From a bacterium (lineage in GTDB: Bacteria; SAR324; NAC60-12): a stretch of 64,000 nucleotides of DNA. The notes below the pieces were generated by a model that made no database searches, was not told where the DNA came from, and saw only the letters and a list, made by a program, of their open reading frames with translations. This document shows positions 21,564-32,648 of the stretch, piece by piece (the stretch's first letter is position 1; each line of letters starts with the position of its first letter). The stretch is taken from positions 1 through 64,000 of the forward strand of contig CBDBHR010000028.1 in the NCBI GenBank assembly GCA_965205865.1. Direction: 5' to 3'. A program made the position numbers and the translations under genes.

Positions 21564-21911
21564 TTAAGTGCTTTGCGCACTCGATAAATACTGCTCAAGC
21601 GCCTCCGTAACAACTTTATTGAGATTCGTCCCTTTTTCTTTAGCATATAAAGCTGCTTGTCGGTGAAGTTCATTTCCGGTACGTATATTAAAACTTCCTC
21701 TGAAGGATTGTTCAGGTTCAATCCCTTCTTTTTGACAAAGCTCCAAATAATCATCAACAGCATTTTCAAAAGATTGCTTCAAACTGTCCACATCCGTTCC
21801 CTCATAATTGACTAAGCTCCTGATATACTCAATCTTCCCAAAGAATACACGATCTGCATCACTATAATGCGCAGAACCACAATACCCTTTATAACTCATC
21901 AAGTCCTTCAT
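21564..21911 (-). CDS. hicB: HicB-family antitoxin
   Basis: MSYKGYCGS..FENAVDDYL..FRGSFNIR..LH..SLN-like. Confidence 0.9.
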   Translation of the reverse strand: MKDLMSYKGYCGSAHYSDADRVFFGKIEYIRSLVNYEGTDVDSLKQSFENAVDDYLELCQKEGIEPEQSFRGSFNIRTGNELHRQAALYAKEKGTNLNKVVTEALEQYLSSAQST

Positions 21912-22161
21912 AACATACCTGCCTGTTCTAAATCTCTTATACTTGATTTATTGCGTAACGCTTTAGAATATTTTGAGGATGTGGTTTGTGAAGCGTTATA
22001 AGTGATGCAGAAGCATGAACGAACCGCCTTTTCGAACCACCAGTTCTTCCTGTTTTGGCTTCTCGATATCCCAATGCTCTCAATAAACTGGTTAATTCAA
22101 CCCATGTAAAATCTTTAGGGCGTTGTTGCAATCTGCCTAAAAGTTTTTCTTTTCGACTCAT
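21908..22161 (-). pseudogene. hicA: HicA-family toxin, C-terminally truncated by a 1-nt deletion
   Basis: PKDFTW..GGSKRRF..LHKPHP; stops at YAINQV*. Adding one A gives ...QVIRDLEQAGML* with an ATGA overlap onto hicB. Confidence 0.8.
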
Positions 22162-22204
22162 AATCTCCTTTTTACCTATAGCATAGGAGATTTAATTTTA
22201 AATT

Positions 22205-22222
22205 GCAACTAAAATTAGTTAC
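22205..22222. promoter_or_regulatory. candidate HicB operator
   Basis: GCAACTA-N4-TAGTTAC dyad upstream of hicA. Confidence 0.5.
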
Positions 22223-22935
22223 TCTAAATATATCCACTATCTTTTGTGTCAAGTGATTATTTTTCAGCACTTGCCGGGTAGCTAACTTGTTTCTGACAGC
22301 AGGGAAGATATCAAAAGGTATGTGAGGCTCTTGGTATAAAAATTGAACTTGAGATACCAGAAGAAAGCAAAGTGCCCGTTGGATAACGACGCGCTAGCAC
22401 GTGTCTCATGTTTGACCTTGTGCTTCAAGGTATTTCCATTCATGGCTAGTGAAATGGTATCGTCTTCTGTAGATTTTTGATTTTCCTATATGGATGGACT
22501 CAATAGCCGAGTCCATTCATTTCCTATACATTTCAGGCCAGAAGAAGAGGCTGAAAAACAGCAGAACAATCCCCACTCCCCCTCCGAAAGCCAGAGCCCT
22601 GGAGGCACCAAGCCATAGCTGGTGACCCACCGCTTCGGACTGGAAGACGTGAATCAGGGTTTTGCTGCTGCCCTGGACAAAAGCCAACAATCCATTGAGG
22701 CGCACATTCATCCTGGTACTAGAGCGGGTTTATTTTGACACCGGTCATCTGCCTTCTAAAAACATCGTAGGAGTTTTGCTAACAATTTGCTGCCAAACTA
22801 CAGTCATTATTCCAGGATCTTCAAAAAAACATCCATTTTAGTTTCACGATTATCGACACACTGACAAATCAGGTTAAAATACCTGGAACTAAACTCTCAA
22901 TCTGGTCTACTCCAAAAATTTCTAATAAAACTTTT

Positions 22936-24073
22936 CGGAATGATAGACATTAAGGCTTAAGCGATTAATGGTAAGTTAGGTCTCTTTCCTTGACTAATAG
23001 CATATTCCTTTCTGCAATCCGCTCATTTGTAACGTCGTGAGGTTTAACGATCTCACGGCGTTTATTTTTTGTCAATATCAACCCCCCAGGCAAAGTTTCA
23101 AGGTATCGGTGAACATGTTTTCATTGCGTCTATGGTTGTATTTGAAGCATGATTCGCCGATATAAAGATGCGCATACCGACGACTATACCAGTGATGTTG
23201 GCCATACCATGCGCGTTTTAAAAGACTCCAAAAACTCTCAATCGTGTTTGTGTGGATATTCCCGTCTACGAATTGCTTTTCATGATCAACAGAATAATGA
23301 AATATTTCATCTTTCATTGCTCGGTACCCTGAATATTGATCCGTCATCAAAACAGCCTTCGCCAGGTCAACGTGCTCCTTCAGCATCTCTTTGAAATTCT
23401 TGTTCGATAAGGACTTGTCATCAAAGAGCTCTGCCGCAACTCCCCCCTTACGCTCCGCAATACCTACAACAGGAAGCTTTTTTGTTCCCCTACCACGCTT
23501 GTTGTCATCATCCCTGTCTTCCTTCTTGTTCTCCTTCCTGGGCTTTCCTCCGACATAGGTTTCATCCATCTCGACGATTCCTTTGAATAGACGTTGTTGC
23601 TCGCCATCTTTTCCCATGGCTTCCCGGATTCGTTTCCCGAATGACCAGGCAGTTTTGACACTCAAATCCAAGTCTCTTCCGAGTTGACGGTTTGAAATTG
23701 ATTTCTTGGCATTCAAAACGAGAACGATCCCCAGGAACCATTTTCTCAAGGAAAGTTTGCTGTTATGGAAGATCGTATTGACGGTTGCCGAAAAAGAACG
23801 ATGGCAGGATTGACATTGAAGCCGGCTTCTTTGGTTCTTTTCTTTGTGTCTCGACACCTTCTGGGAATGACAGTAGGGACACTCTGGTTTATCGCTCCAT
23901 CGTAGATTTTCAAGATGCTTCAGTGCTTCTTCTTCTGTTGGGAATTTATTGATTATTTCCATGAGACTTGTGCTTTTCATTTTCAATCTCCTCTGATAGA
24001 TTCTTGTTTAATTCATTTGAATCTATCATAGCAGATTCCAAGTATATGCCAAGCCTTTTTGTCTATCATTCCG
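22936..24073 (-). mobile_element. complete IS1595-family element (1138 bp)
   Basis: TIRs CGGAATGATAGACA..AAGGCTT and AAGCCTT..TGTCTATCATTCCG; 8-bp target duplication AAACTTTT at 22928-22935 and 24074-24081. Confidence 0.93.
23078..23986 (-). CDS. IS1595-family transposase
   Basis: CPYC..CQSC Zn ribbon, VEMDETYVGG, LMTD, HTNTIESFWSLLKR. Confidence 0.95.
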   Translation of the reverse strand: MKMKSTSLMEIINKFPTEEEALKHLENLRWSDKPECPYCHSQKVSRHKEKNQRSRLQCQSCHRSFSATVNTIFHNSKLSLRKWFLGIVLVLNAKKSISNRQLGRDLDLSVKTAWSFGKRIREAMGKDGEQQRLFKGIVEMDETYVGGKPRKENKKEDRDDDNKRGRGTKKLPVVGIAERKGGVAAELFDDKSLSNKNFKEMLKEHVDLAKAVLMTDQYSGYRAMKDEIFHYSVDHEKQFVDGNIHTNTIESFWSLLKRAWYGQHHWYSRRYAHLYIGESCFKYNHRRNENMFTDTLKLCLGG

Positions 24074-24451
24074 AAACTTTTTGAAAAAGACTTTTTGGAA
24101 GGATCTCTATCAGTGATTGAAGAGAGTGAGGATTTTCATGGCAAGGATCATCCGCCTGGAATTAATTGATGAGCCGCTTGGATTCAGAGGCACTTTCAAT
24201 TTGGACCCGGTGCTGTGGGAAAAGTCGAAGTACCATTCAATCTATTTTTTGACCATAATGAAAAATAGCCATTGATTATTTTTTTTTGTATACCATACTC
24301 CTCCAAAGTACAGTGACACTGTAAGCATCCACACCCCCTTGCCTGGATCCTTGGTCAATCGTGTCAATACATGCGATCAGATCCATTCATGGTCCTCCGG
24401 GTCCGGGGCATTGATGCGAAACCTCACTCAACTCTGTCTACTAAAAGTTTA

Positions 24452-25474
24452 ATGAAACGCGATCTTTTCTTTGGCATCACCGAAAGCGGGGTGATGCGCA
24501 CCGATGCCGATCCGCCGATTCCCCTGGAAACCAAATTCCAGATGGTCAAGGAATCAGGGGTATACGATTATTTCGACAAAACTCCTCCCAGGGAGTTGGA
24601 GAACGATTACCTGCGTTACAGCGAAAAGTACGATCTGCCGATCCTGGCAGGAGGGTGGTTTTATGTACTTGGAAGGGACGATGAACTGCTTTTGGAAAAC
24701 CTTCGTCTCGGAGGCCGTCTAGGTAGCCTGGTCCACAACACGCAGATCATCATGGACCACGCGGACGGTTCTTTGGTGAGTGACGAACAGGTCGCAGAAA
24801 TCTACCTCAAAGCCTATGAAACCGGAGAAGAAATTGGGTGCCGCCCTACTTTCGAGGTGCATGTCAACATGTGGTCCGAGGATTTCCGCCGCATCGAGAA
24901 AGTGGCCGATCTTGTAGAACGTCGAAGCATTCCCTTCTGCATGACCCTCGACCACTCGCATGTCATTTTCAAAATCGACAATCCACGTGAACAGGAAGTG
25001 TTCAATATTCGTGAATCGATTGAAAACGGAGAGCTGGTCCTCGACCCTTTCCAGGAAGATCATGTATGCGGAAAGTGGATCCAGCGGGGTTTCGTCAGGC
25101 ACTGCCATGCACGAGCCGCGGTGCCGAATAATCCTAGGAATATCTGGAAGCATCATCTCAGCCTTGATGGCCTCGTTTCACAGCATCCTAAGGATACCAT
25201 CGGGCGAGGAATCCAGTATCCCTTCCTCAAACCTGAACCCGGTCAATGGCACAGCGAATGGAATGAGTCCCTGCTGGAACCCTGGAAAGAAGTGCTGCGG
25301 CAATTGATGCGTTATCACGCCACACAGAACGATAGCACCCTCAAGACCATCTCCACCGAATTCATACCTAATGAGGATTACGGAGGAGGGGCCGGGTATT
25401 CGATTTTTAAAAATTCGTGTGCCTGTGCCAGATGGCTGAGGGAAACGTGGAACGACATTTCAACCTCTGCATAA
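24452..25474 (+). CDS. xylose isomerase-like/AP-endonuclease-2 TIM-barrel protein
   Basis: [21 protein letters not shown] and STEF metal-site pattern; start at 24452 inferred. Confidence 0.75.
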   Translation: MKRDLFFGITESGVMRTDADPPIPLETKFQMVKESGVYDYFDKTPPRELENDYLRYSEKYDLPILAGGWFYVLGRDDELLLENLRLGGRLGSLVHNTQIIMDHADGSLVSDEQVAEIYLKAYETGEEIGCRPTFEVHVNMWSEDFRRIEKVADLVERRSIPFCMTLDHSHVIFKIDNPREQEVFNIRESIENGELVLDPFQEDHVCGKWIQRGFVRHCHARAAVPNNPRNIWKHHLSLDGLVSQHPKDTIGRGIQYPFLKPEPGQWHSEWNESLLEPWKEVLRQLMRYHATQNDSTLKTISTEFIPNEDYGGGAGYSIFKNSCACARWLRETWNDISTSA

Positions 25475-25484
25475 AAGGAAACTG

Positions 25485-25910
25485 ACGAAAACACGAGCCG
25501 CCGTTGCCTGGGAGTCCGGCAAACCGCTGGAAGTCCTGGAAATCGATCTGGAAAGCCCTCGAGAGGGCGAGGTCCTCATTCGTAATGTTAAGACCGGAGT
25601 CTGCCATACGGACGCTTATACCCTCTCCGGAGCAGATCCGGAGGGTATTTTCCCTTCGATCCTTGGACATGAAGGAGGCGCAGTGGTGGAAGAAATCGGT
25701 CCCGGGGTCTCCTCCGTTTCCGTGGGAGACCATGTCATCCCACTCTACACTCCCGAATGCGGAGAGTGTAAATTCTGCACTTCAGGAAAAACAAACCTCT
25801 GCCAGGGCGATCCGTGCGACCCGGCAAAAATGGTCAGCACACTACCGGATGGAGGATTACATCATCCATGAGCTTCCGAAAGCGATTGGAGCACATTTTC
25901 CGAAGTATAG
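25485..25910 (+). pseudogene. frmA: deletion fusion of S-(hydroxymethyl)glutathione dehydrogenase (5' part) and S-formylglutathione hydrolase (internal part)
   Basis: Start codon reads ACG after [37 protein letters not shown], then a shifted frame gives [16 protein letters not shown] (FrmB-like). Confidence 0.85.
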
Positions 25911-26122
25911 GAAAATCAATACATATTTGTATTTGACTCAATCAAAATATAACAAGAATTATACTCTGATATTCTATCAAGGTCTAAAAGAGTGCAACGA
26001 CCTCTCTTGCTTTATAAACACTCAGCAAGTCCACAAGCCCTTTTTTGGGAGAGTCCACCCTCCGGATCACCTCAATCTTCTCTGTAAATCAGATTAATAT
26101 CAAACAGTAGAACTATTTGTAT

Positions 26123-27019
26123 CCTATGTTGGGCGATTCGTAATAAAAAAGCTCCCAAACTTGTGGAAAATGTGTTATATTTCAGTGAGTAAAAACAATA
26201 TTACGACAAAATCTAACACAACCCAACAGGTAGAGAGCTTTATGGAAAAGGTATTGCTGTCTCTGATTTCTTTTTGCGGATATTTTGTTTTTTCATGGAC
26301 GGCAGCAGCCGTCGTCTCAGTTGGTTCGATCACCTCAAAAGGGACGAGGGTTATGCCGCGTTGCTGTCATGCAGTGAGCAAGACCTTGCCTCCTCGCATG
26401 CCGTGAAAAGATTTTTTGGAAAGTTCTCTGTTCATAGCATCCTTGGCTCGTACCACGGACGGGGAAAGGATGAACTGGCCAACCGGGCGCTGAAAAACTT
26501 TGGTCATCGACAACTACCCTTCAAGGACTTCATTTCCCATACCGCATGGTACTATCTGATGCTGCTTGGCAATAACCTCTTCGAAGCCTTCAAAGAAGAT
26601 GTCAGCAAGCCGGTGATTGCGGTAACGATGTATGCTGATACTTTCCGGCGCCAGTTTCTTGATACGGCAGGCAAACTGCTTCGTCATGCCGGAAAACTGA
26701 TCTTGAAAATACCCAAAACGACCTTTGAGCGCTTGCAATTGGACCAACTATTTGCCACCTGCCAGCATGCATTGGCGCCAATCTGATCAACGGGTTTCGC
26801 TTCAATTAAAAAACAAAAACATTAAAGTTTAAGGGGATGAGTGTGTCCAAGACATGAGAAATGAAGACTTTCCACATCTGAAAACAGCATTTTGATGCTC
26901 ATTCTCACTCAAACATCCATGGATTTGATGATCAAAATCTGATTTCAGAATGATTGCCTTTCTCAGGCAAAAAAATCATCTTGAAAATCTGATCCTTTTT
27001 TAGAATCGCTCAATTTAGG
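26123..27019 (+). mobile_element. internally deleted IS1380-family element
   Basis: Ends CCTATGTTGGGCGATTC and GAATCGCTCAATTTAGG; residual transposase YHGRGKDELANRALK..TFRRQFLDTAGKL. Confidence 0.75.
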
Positions 27020-27643
27020 TGTACATTGGTTTCAACCACAAAGGAGTCGCAGCGTGCACGTAGCGCCTTGCTTGAATCATGAAGTTCAATCTTCTTCTCC
27101 GTGCGAGTTCGGGTTGGCCCATCTTTTGGGGCGTTTTTTTTTACCAGCCCATGTCCGGCTTTGACAACCAACTGATTGATCTCATCGAGAATCTCAGGTG
27201 TGAAAAGACGCAGGTTATCCTTGATCGTCTGCCGGTTGTACGTCGTTTTGTCCTCCCCGCCAAAGAACCTCCCGACCTCCATGTCCGAGCATCTGCCGGA
27301 TGGTGTCGTGATGGTTAGCCAACTCATGGATGCGGTCGTAATCGCTGTTGAGACCCAGGCGCAGTACGCCAAGCGCCAGAATCTTCCACTGCTCCATCCC
27401 GGGACGCACAAGACGGGGGTCCGCTTTGCGATGCCTGTCTTCGTTGCTCAGGCCCGGGCCGCTTCGCGAGGGGATGACCCGTTCCGGAACCTTGAATACC
27501 GATGCGCGTAATGCTGGCGTGGCGTATATGTATTGCAAACCACTAAGGATAGGGGGGATGTCATCACGGGATTTTAGATCCAACTCGATGGCGGCAATGT
27601 CGACTTCGCCGAACTGCATCTGGGGGTCACGTATGGTGCGCAT
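27020..27643 (-). pseudogene. ISNCY/IS5-like transposase 5' fragment, frameshifted and cut by the IS1380 end
   Basis: QMQFGEVDI..KSRDDIP..RPGMEQWKILALGVLRLGLNSDYDRIHELANHH..RQMLGH, then RCDSFVVETNVH. Confidence 0.8.
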
Positions 27644-28225
27644 AAAATTTCAAATCTTGAAGATTTACGGAAAAACGAAAGAAACCAGTCCGAAGATACT
27701 GTAACTGCAACGATTGACCCTTCATGCGAGCTGGTGCGCACTCGGGTTCTTTCAAATCTTCGCGTCACAAATATCAGTTTATCATCTTGATATAATTAAT
27801 GAAAGACTTAACATGATATTTAATGGTATTCACCTATTTTTAAGAAACGAAGATTTTGGAGAAACTCATAAAAATCCCATTTTTTGCTGATTTTGGCCAT
27901 CTGAACACTGCATCAAACCAATCTTCATCCTGTGAAATTGAAGAATTGTCATTCACAAATGATCATAGTTCAGATAAACCGGCATCGGCGTTTTGGTTTG
28001 GCACTCACTGATTTTTTCACCGATTCCGCGTGGATTGTGGAGTTGGAAAAGGAGCTATCTCTAATCCGGAATATGAAGAAGGAACATGGGCCGTTGTGAG
28101 TAGGGACATTTCCCAACATTCCGGAAAAGCCAAGCGTGGAGATGTTACCTTACCTGCATAATTCCAGGTTGTGCCCTCAGAGCCCGGTCGGTAAGAAAAC
28201 GATTTAAAATGAAAGAAGAGACAGG

Positions 28226-28555
28226 ATGATTGAGTATTCTCGGATTAAAGAATTATGTGGGCAAATTGTCCAGCAATTTCACCCTGTTCAAGTAATTCTA
28301 TTTGGTTCCTATGGCTATGGTCAGCCCACAACGGATTCTGATGTCGATCTGCTGGTAGTCCTTTCTTTTGAAGGGAAAAGTGCTAAGAAGTCTTGGGAAA
28401 TTTTACGTCAAACGAATCCTTCCTTTCCTGTGGATCTGCTTATCCGTACTCCCGAACAGATTCAGAATCGTTTGAAACTCGACGATGGATTTATGCGGGA
28501 GATTATCGAAAATGGTCAGGTCCTCTATGAAGCAGATCACTCGAGAATGGATTGA
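28226..28555 (+). CDS. minimal nucleotidyltransferase (MNT) antitoxin
   Basis: ILFGSYGYG..DSDVDLLVV (GSx10DxD). Confidence 0.9.
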   Translation: MIEYSRIKELCGQIVQQFHPVQVILFGSYGYGQPTTDSDVDLLVVLSFEGKSAKKSWEILRQTNPSFPVDLLIRTPEQIQNRLKLDDGFMREIIENGQVLYEADHSRMD

Positions 28556-28913
28556 GAAAGCCGAAGGTGATTTCAGGACAGCCACCAGGGAGTTGGCTGT
28601 GCTGAGCGATCCCAATTATGATGCGGTGTGTTTTCATAGTCAACAATGCGCGGAGAAGTACCTGAAAGCTCAATTGCAAGAGGAGGAGATTGCTTTTGGT
28701 AAAACCCACAATCTGATAGCTTTATCAGAGTTTCTGATAGCAAGAAATCCAGGGTAGGAATCCTTGCGTTCGGCGGTTCAGGGACTCAGTGCATTTGCAG
28801 TAGAAGTGCGTTATCCTGGTACCTCTGTTGATCAGGAAATCGCTGCTGAGGCGCTGGAGTTGTGTCAAGAAGTCCGTCAGAAAGTCAGAAACACTCTTGG
28901 AGTAGAGAAGTGA
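28527..28913 (+). pseudogene. HEPN-domain protein with an internal TAG
   Basis: WIEKAEGD..CFHSQQCAEKYLKA..KTHNL, TAG at 28755-28757, frame continues with AVEVRYPG to TGA 28913. Confidence 0.85.
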
Positions 28914-29126
28914 GAGGATCAGAGCAACGTTACCCTCCCTCCGGCCTACCGGCAATCAAGTTCCACCTGACCCGGTACTCTCGCACGCGAACCTTATCGT
29001 TAACAAGAGAAGCGATTCCGGATAAGCCATCCCGGTGTCGACAAATTTCCGTCTCGGCAGTGTGGCTTCCCTGCACGGCGGCGTGACCAGAAATCTGCCA
29101 GTCTACGATGAGACCAGGCGAAAATA

Positions 29127-29700
29127 CTAAAATCCCATTTCTTTCTTCAGATCCTGATCAATCCGGAGACGGGCGAAAACGGATTGCCGGTTCATAGTGC
29201 CCGGTTCGATTTCCCCGCTAAAACCAATAATCTACGGCTGGATCACTTGAAACAGGAGCGCTCTCGGACCAAACACAGTAAGACCTGCTCGATAATGTAC
29301 ATGTCGCCCTTTCGAATCAAACTCTGCTGCTCCTCAACGGTGGTAGCGGTGATAGCGGCCTCATACAATTTGTCAAAAGCTGGGTCAATGACGTTTCAGG
29401 GGTTCCAGGCACTCTCCGAGTACATCTTTTCAAAGGGTACGTATAACCCGAACCCATTTTTAGCGATAATCCCCGCAGGTTTCGTGCCGGCCCATCCCTT
29501 GTAGTAGGTTTATTGATGGTCTCAAAGTCGATAGCCATCGATATGGCCCGGCGCATCCGGACGTCGTTCCAGGGTTCAATTTGGGTGTCAAAATACGGAG
29601 CCGTTTCCGCACAATAGGAATTGGAATTGTAGAGAGAGGTTACCCCTTGATGCGCTTTGAGCGTCATGCTTTCATCTTGTCGATCGATGTGCCGGATTTT
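29127..29700 (-). pseudogene. fragmented family-5 ABC substrate-binding protein, paralog of 59521..61302
   Basis: TQIEPWNDVRMRRAISMAIDFETIN and FARLRIDQDLKKEMGF* match the intact paralog. Confidence 0.8.
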
Positions 29701-29825
29701 GGAAGAGAACAAACCACCAACGATCATGGTTCAATCGAAAGGATAATGATAAACCGGCATCCGCAATACGGCGCGCTCTGGTCTGGGGAGAGGAATTGCC
29801 GGGGATTCGAAAAAAGGAGAAATCA

Positions 29826-30019
29826 ATGTCGCAACAAAAATAATCGAGCTCGAACAAAAGATCGGAGAGTTGATAACGGAGCTCAACGCGCTGCGCAAAA
29901 AGAGCGAGGGTACACCGGTACCGGATTATACGTTTTCGACACAAAATGGAGAGACGACACTGCGGCACTTGTTCAGCGAAAAAGAAAAACTGCTCGCCAT
30001 TCACAACATGGGCCAGGCT
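29826..30019 (+). pseudogene. DUF899 (thioredoxin-like) 5' fragment ending at the group II intron
   Basis: AGGAG RBS; MSQQKIIELE..VPDYTF..TTLRHLF..LLAIHNMGQ. Confidence 0.7.
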
Positions 30020-30990
30020 GTGCGCCAGGAAAGCTGGCAAGAAATAGAGAGTGAAAGTCTCTTACTCGGTAAGGCAGTAACGACCCGCCGAGTCCCCGAG
30101 TCATGAGTGGTTATTCGCAAGGATAGGCGCTAAGCGTTGACAGGGGAGAACATAGGCTCGGTATTGAGCTCCGAAATCATAGTTTCAGGCGCTGACCTTG
30201 TGGTCTGGTGGGGAAGGCAATATCAACCGAAGGCGTTAGCGTGAGTCTCGGCTGAGCCTGGAGGAGTCAAAGACCCGGTGCATGTGTGGAAGTTTCTTGA
30301 TCGGAACCTGGGAGATCCTGAAGACGACTGTCAACATTCTATTGGTAGTCGGATCGGGAAAATTAATAAATAACCCCGATATCTACGTCTTCAGGAAGTC
30401 GGACAAGTTCGTAGTAGCGATGAAGCGGCGAACAATGTGCGCTTAGCAGGATCTGCCCGGAAGATCATTTGCAGAGAGTAACAATGCAAAGGAAATCAAC
30501 GGAGCCTGTGGAGCAAAGGGACTTGGCTGAGAGGAATTCTGCTTGTCCTCCTGTGTTCGGAGGACTCAGATGGCCGGTAAAATCAGAGTAACACCTCTAA
30601 AAGCAAAGGTTCGGCTCTCGGTAAATGGCGGGTTCAAGCAGGGTGCGCCAAACGGCAACGTTTGAGCGTCTGACTCGAAGCAGGAGCCGGATGCGTTAGC
30701 AGCGTCCGGATCTGAAGCGGCGTGAGATCCAGAGAGTAACAATGCAAAGGAAATCAACGGAGCCTGTGGAGCAAAGGGACTTGGCTGAGAGGAATTCTGC
30801 TTGTCCTCCTGTGTTCGGAACTCAGAGGCCGGTAAAATCAGAAAGCGGTAAGCAGGGTGCGCCAAACGGCAACGTTTGAGCGTCTGACTCGAAGCAGGAG
30901 CCGATGCGTTAGCAGCGCACGTCCGGATCTGTACCGGAGGAATGACGAAAGGTGGCTGGAAACCACTATAAGTCAGTTCTTTACGGTGAC
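30020..30990 (+). mobile_element. ORF-less group II intron, copy 1, with an internal duplication of the DIII-DV region
   Basis: 5' GTGCG; DV-like GAGCC(G)GATGCGTTAGCAGCGCACGTCCGGATC; 3' end ..GGTGAC; first ~415 nt nearly identical to 58772 onward; no reverse transcriptase ORF. Confidence 0.85.
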
Positions 30991-31060
30991 TTTGATTATT
31001 TGATTTGGAACGAGTCTAGTTTTTTTGCTCCCTTTTCATTTAATCAAAGGCCTGACCCCC
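30991..31060. repeat. 3' part of the palindromic GGTCAGGC..GCCTGACCCC repeat (intron 3' exon)
   Basis: TTTGATTA-loop-TAATCAAAGGCCTGACCCCC. Confidence 0.75.
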
Positions 31061-31384
31061 TTCGACCCCTTCGCAGTACTTTATCTCCAGTTATCCGTCT
31101 GCGAACTGGAACGCTGAGAGCATCATCAATCGTGTTTTAATACATTGGGATACTGAAACCGGTACTTTTGGAACAAAAGATCATCATTTTTCTGAGGATA
31201 AAGTGCGCTACAAATCCATACAAGGAGCAAAATCCCATGTCATCATGCTCAATTCGGTATGCAACTTGTTTTGGGCTCCGGCTTTTGAAAATTACTGGAA
31301 CAACATGCCTATCTCCTATCGTATGCAGTTTCTCAAAGATCACCCAGAATATAATCCGTTTCAAATAAATAACACTGATTAACT

Positions 31385-32077
31385 CGAATGACGGCATTGT
31401 AGATCAAATACATGATCGCCCGACGCCAGGGCGAGACATTGTTGGCCGAACCGTGCAGGACATTACAATGGATGAAACAAACCGATCCGGCCGCTCCAAT
31501 CAATTCCTCAATACCGTTTTCGGAAGCCATCCGTTCCATGGTGGCGCGATCCACGGTCATCAGGTCATATCCCTTTCCCCTGGCATCCGCGTGTAGCGTT
31601 GCCTCCATGAGGCCGTGGCCGTGTGAGCCCGACACCAACAGGAGAGGCAACTTGGCCGCTGTGCAGTCGTCGATAAACACCGATGCCATGATACAGCGCG
31701 GCTCCGCCATGCAGTCGATGGCGCGAAACGGAGGGTAATCCTGGTGCCAATTCCAGGAAGAGCCGCTGCCGAAACCCGGTTTGGGGTTTAAGCGGCTCTG
31801 ATGCAGGTAGACGTCGTCCTGAAACAACTGGCGCACCGGATTCAACAGCCGCGGCAGCAGTGAGAGACGGCGATATGGTTCGGGAAAAAAATGGGCTCCA
31901 AAGACCAGCCGAGCAGCAGCAGAGTCGTCTTTTTCGCGCACCACCTCGGTCCCTGGCGACTCAGAATTTCCGCCATCGGTTTTGCAGATAGGCCACCTCA
32001 TCTCCATCCAGCAGGCCCGGAAAAAACAAGAAGCCACGTTCTTCGAATTGTTCGATTTGCTCGTCGCTGAGTTGCAT
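31385..32077 (-). pseudogene. PhyH/ectoine-hydroxylase-like 2OG-Fe(II) dioxygenase, frameshifted and truncated
   Basis: MQLSDEQIEQFEERGFL, then another frame gives WNWHQD..HCNVLHGSANN..R. Confidence 0.8.
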
Positions 32078-32116
32078 GGTATGCGATCCTTTGTTTGAGA
32101 TTAAACTGAGAGTGCA

Positions 32117-32570
32117 TTAATCGATGAAACTAAAACCGACAGCCCGAGCGTGATAATACAAACCACCATCCTGGACAACCAAGCTTGTCATTCGTTTGTC
32201 ACCATGATTGTGATGGGAATGCACAGCCCTTGGTGGTGTCACCATGACTGTGTTTGGCTGCCAATCAATGCGCTCGCCATCAATCATAGAATGACAATCT
32301 TTACTTTGAAGACACAGGGTTAATGCCACGGCGTTATGGACATGCGGTCGTTGAGAGTTTCCACCTGGCAGGGAATTGATCGCTGAGGTCGAGATCAATC
32401 AGACCGCTTGGGGTGGATTTCGAAAATGCTTTGTCACGTTCGTTGACAAACAGGTGCGTTGGTACTGGCGAACGTTTCGTTTTGAATACGTTTTCCAGAA
32501 TTTCATAGATCGCACGGTGTGTATATTTAGTTTCTGCTCGCTCTATTGAATGGGGAGTGGTCTCTAACAT
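32117..32570 (-). pseudogene. cupin-domain protein remnant
   Basis: QRPHVHNAVAL..VTPPRAVHSHHN; N-terminus in another frame. Confidence 0.7.
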
Positions 32571-32648
32571 AAAGCTCTCCTGCCTCAGGATAAATTAAAA
32601 CGTTTAGCTTAGGTGATTCTTATTTGCAAGCATAATCTGCCCCTTTTT

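Noticed and set aside
28755-28757. Pyrrolysine or programmed readthrough of the HEPN TAG
   Set aside because: No pyl genes in view; a TGG-to-TAG nonsense change fits the general decay
30020-30990. Diversity-generating retroelement or retron
   Set aside because: No reverse transcriptase gene, and repeat differences are not adenine-specific; the features match group II intron RNA
30991-31060. Recombinase-driven invertible promoter switch
   Set aside because: The inverted loop is explained more simply by intron entry into either arm of a palindrome, and the loops have also diverged; not fully excluded
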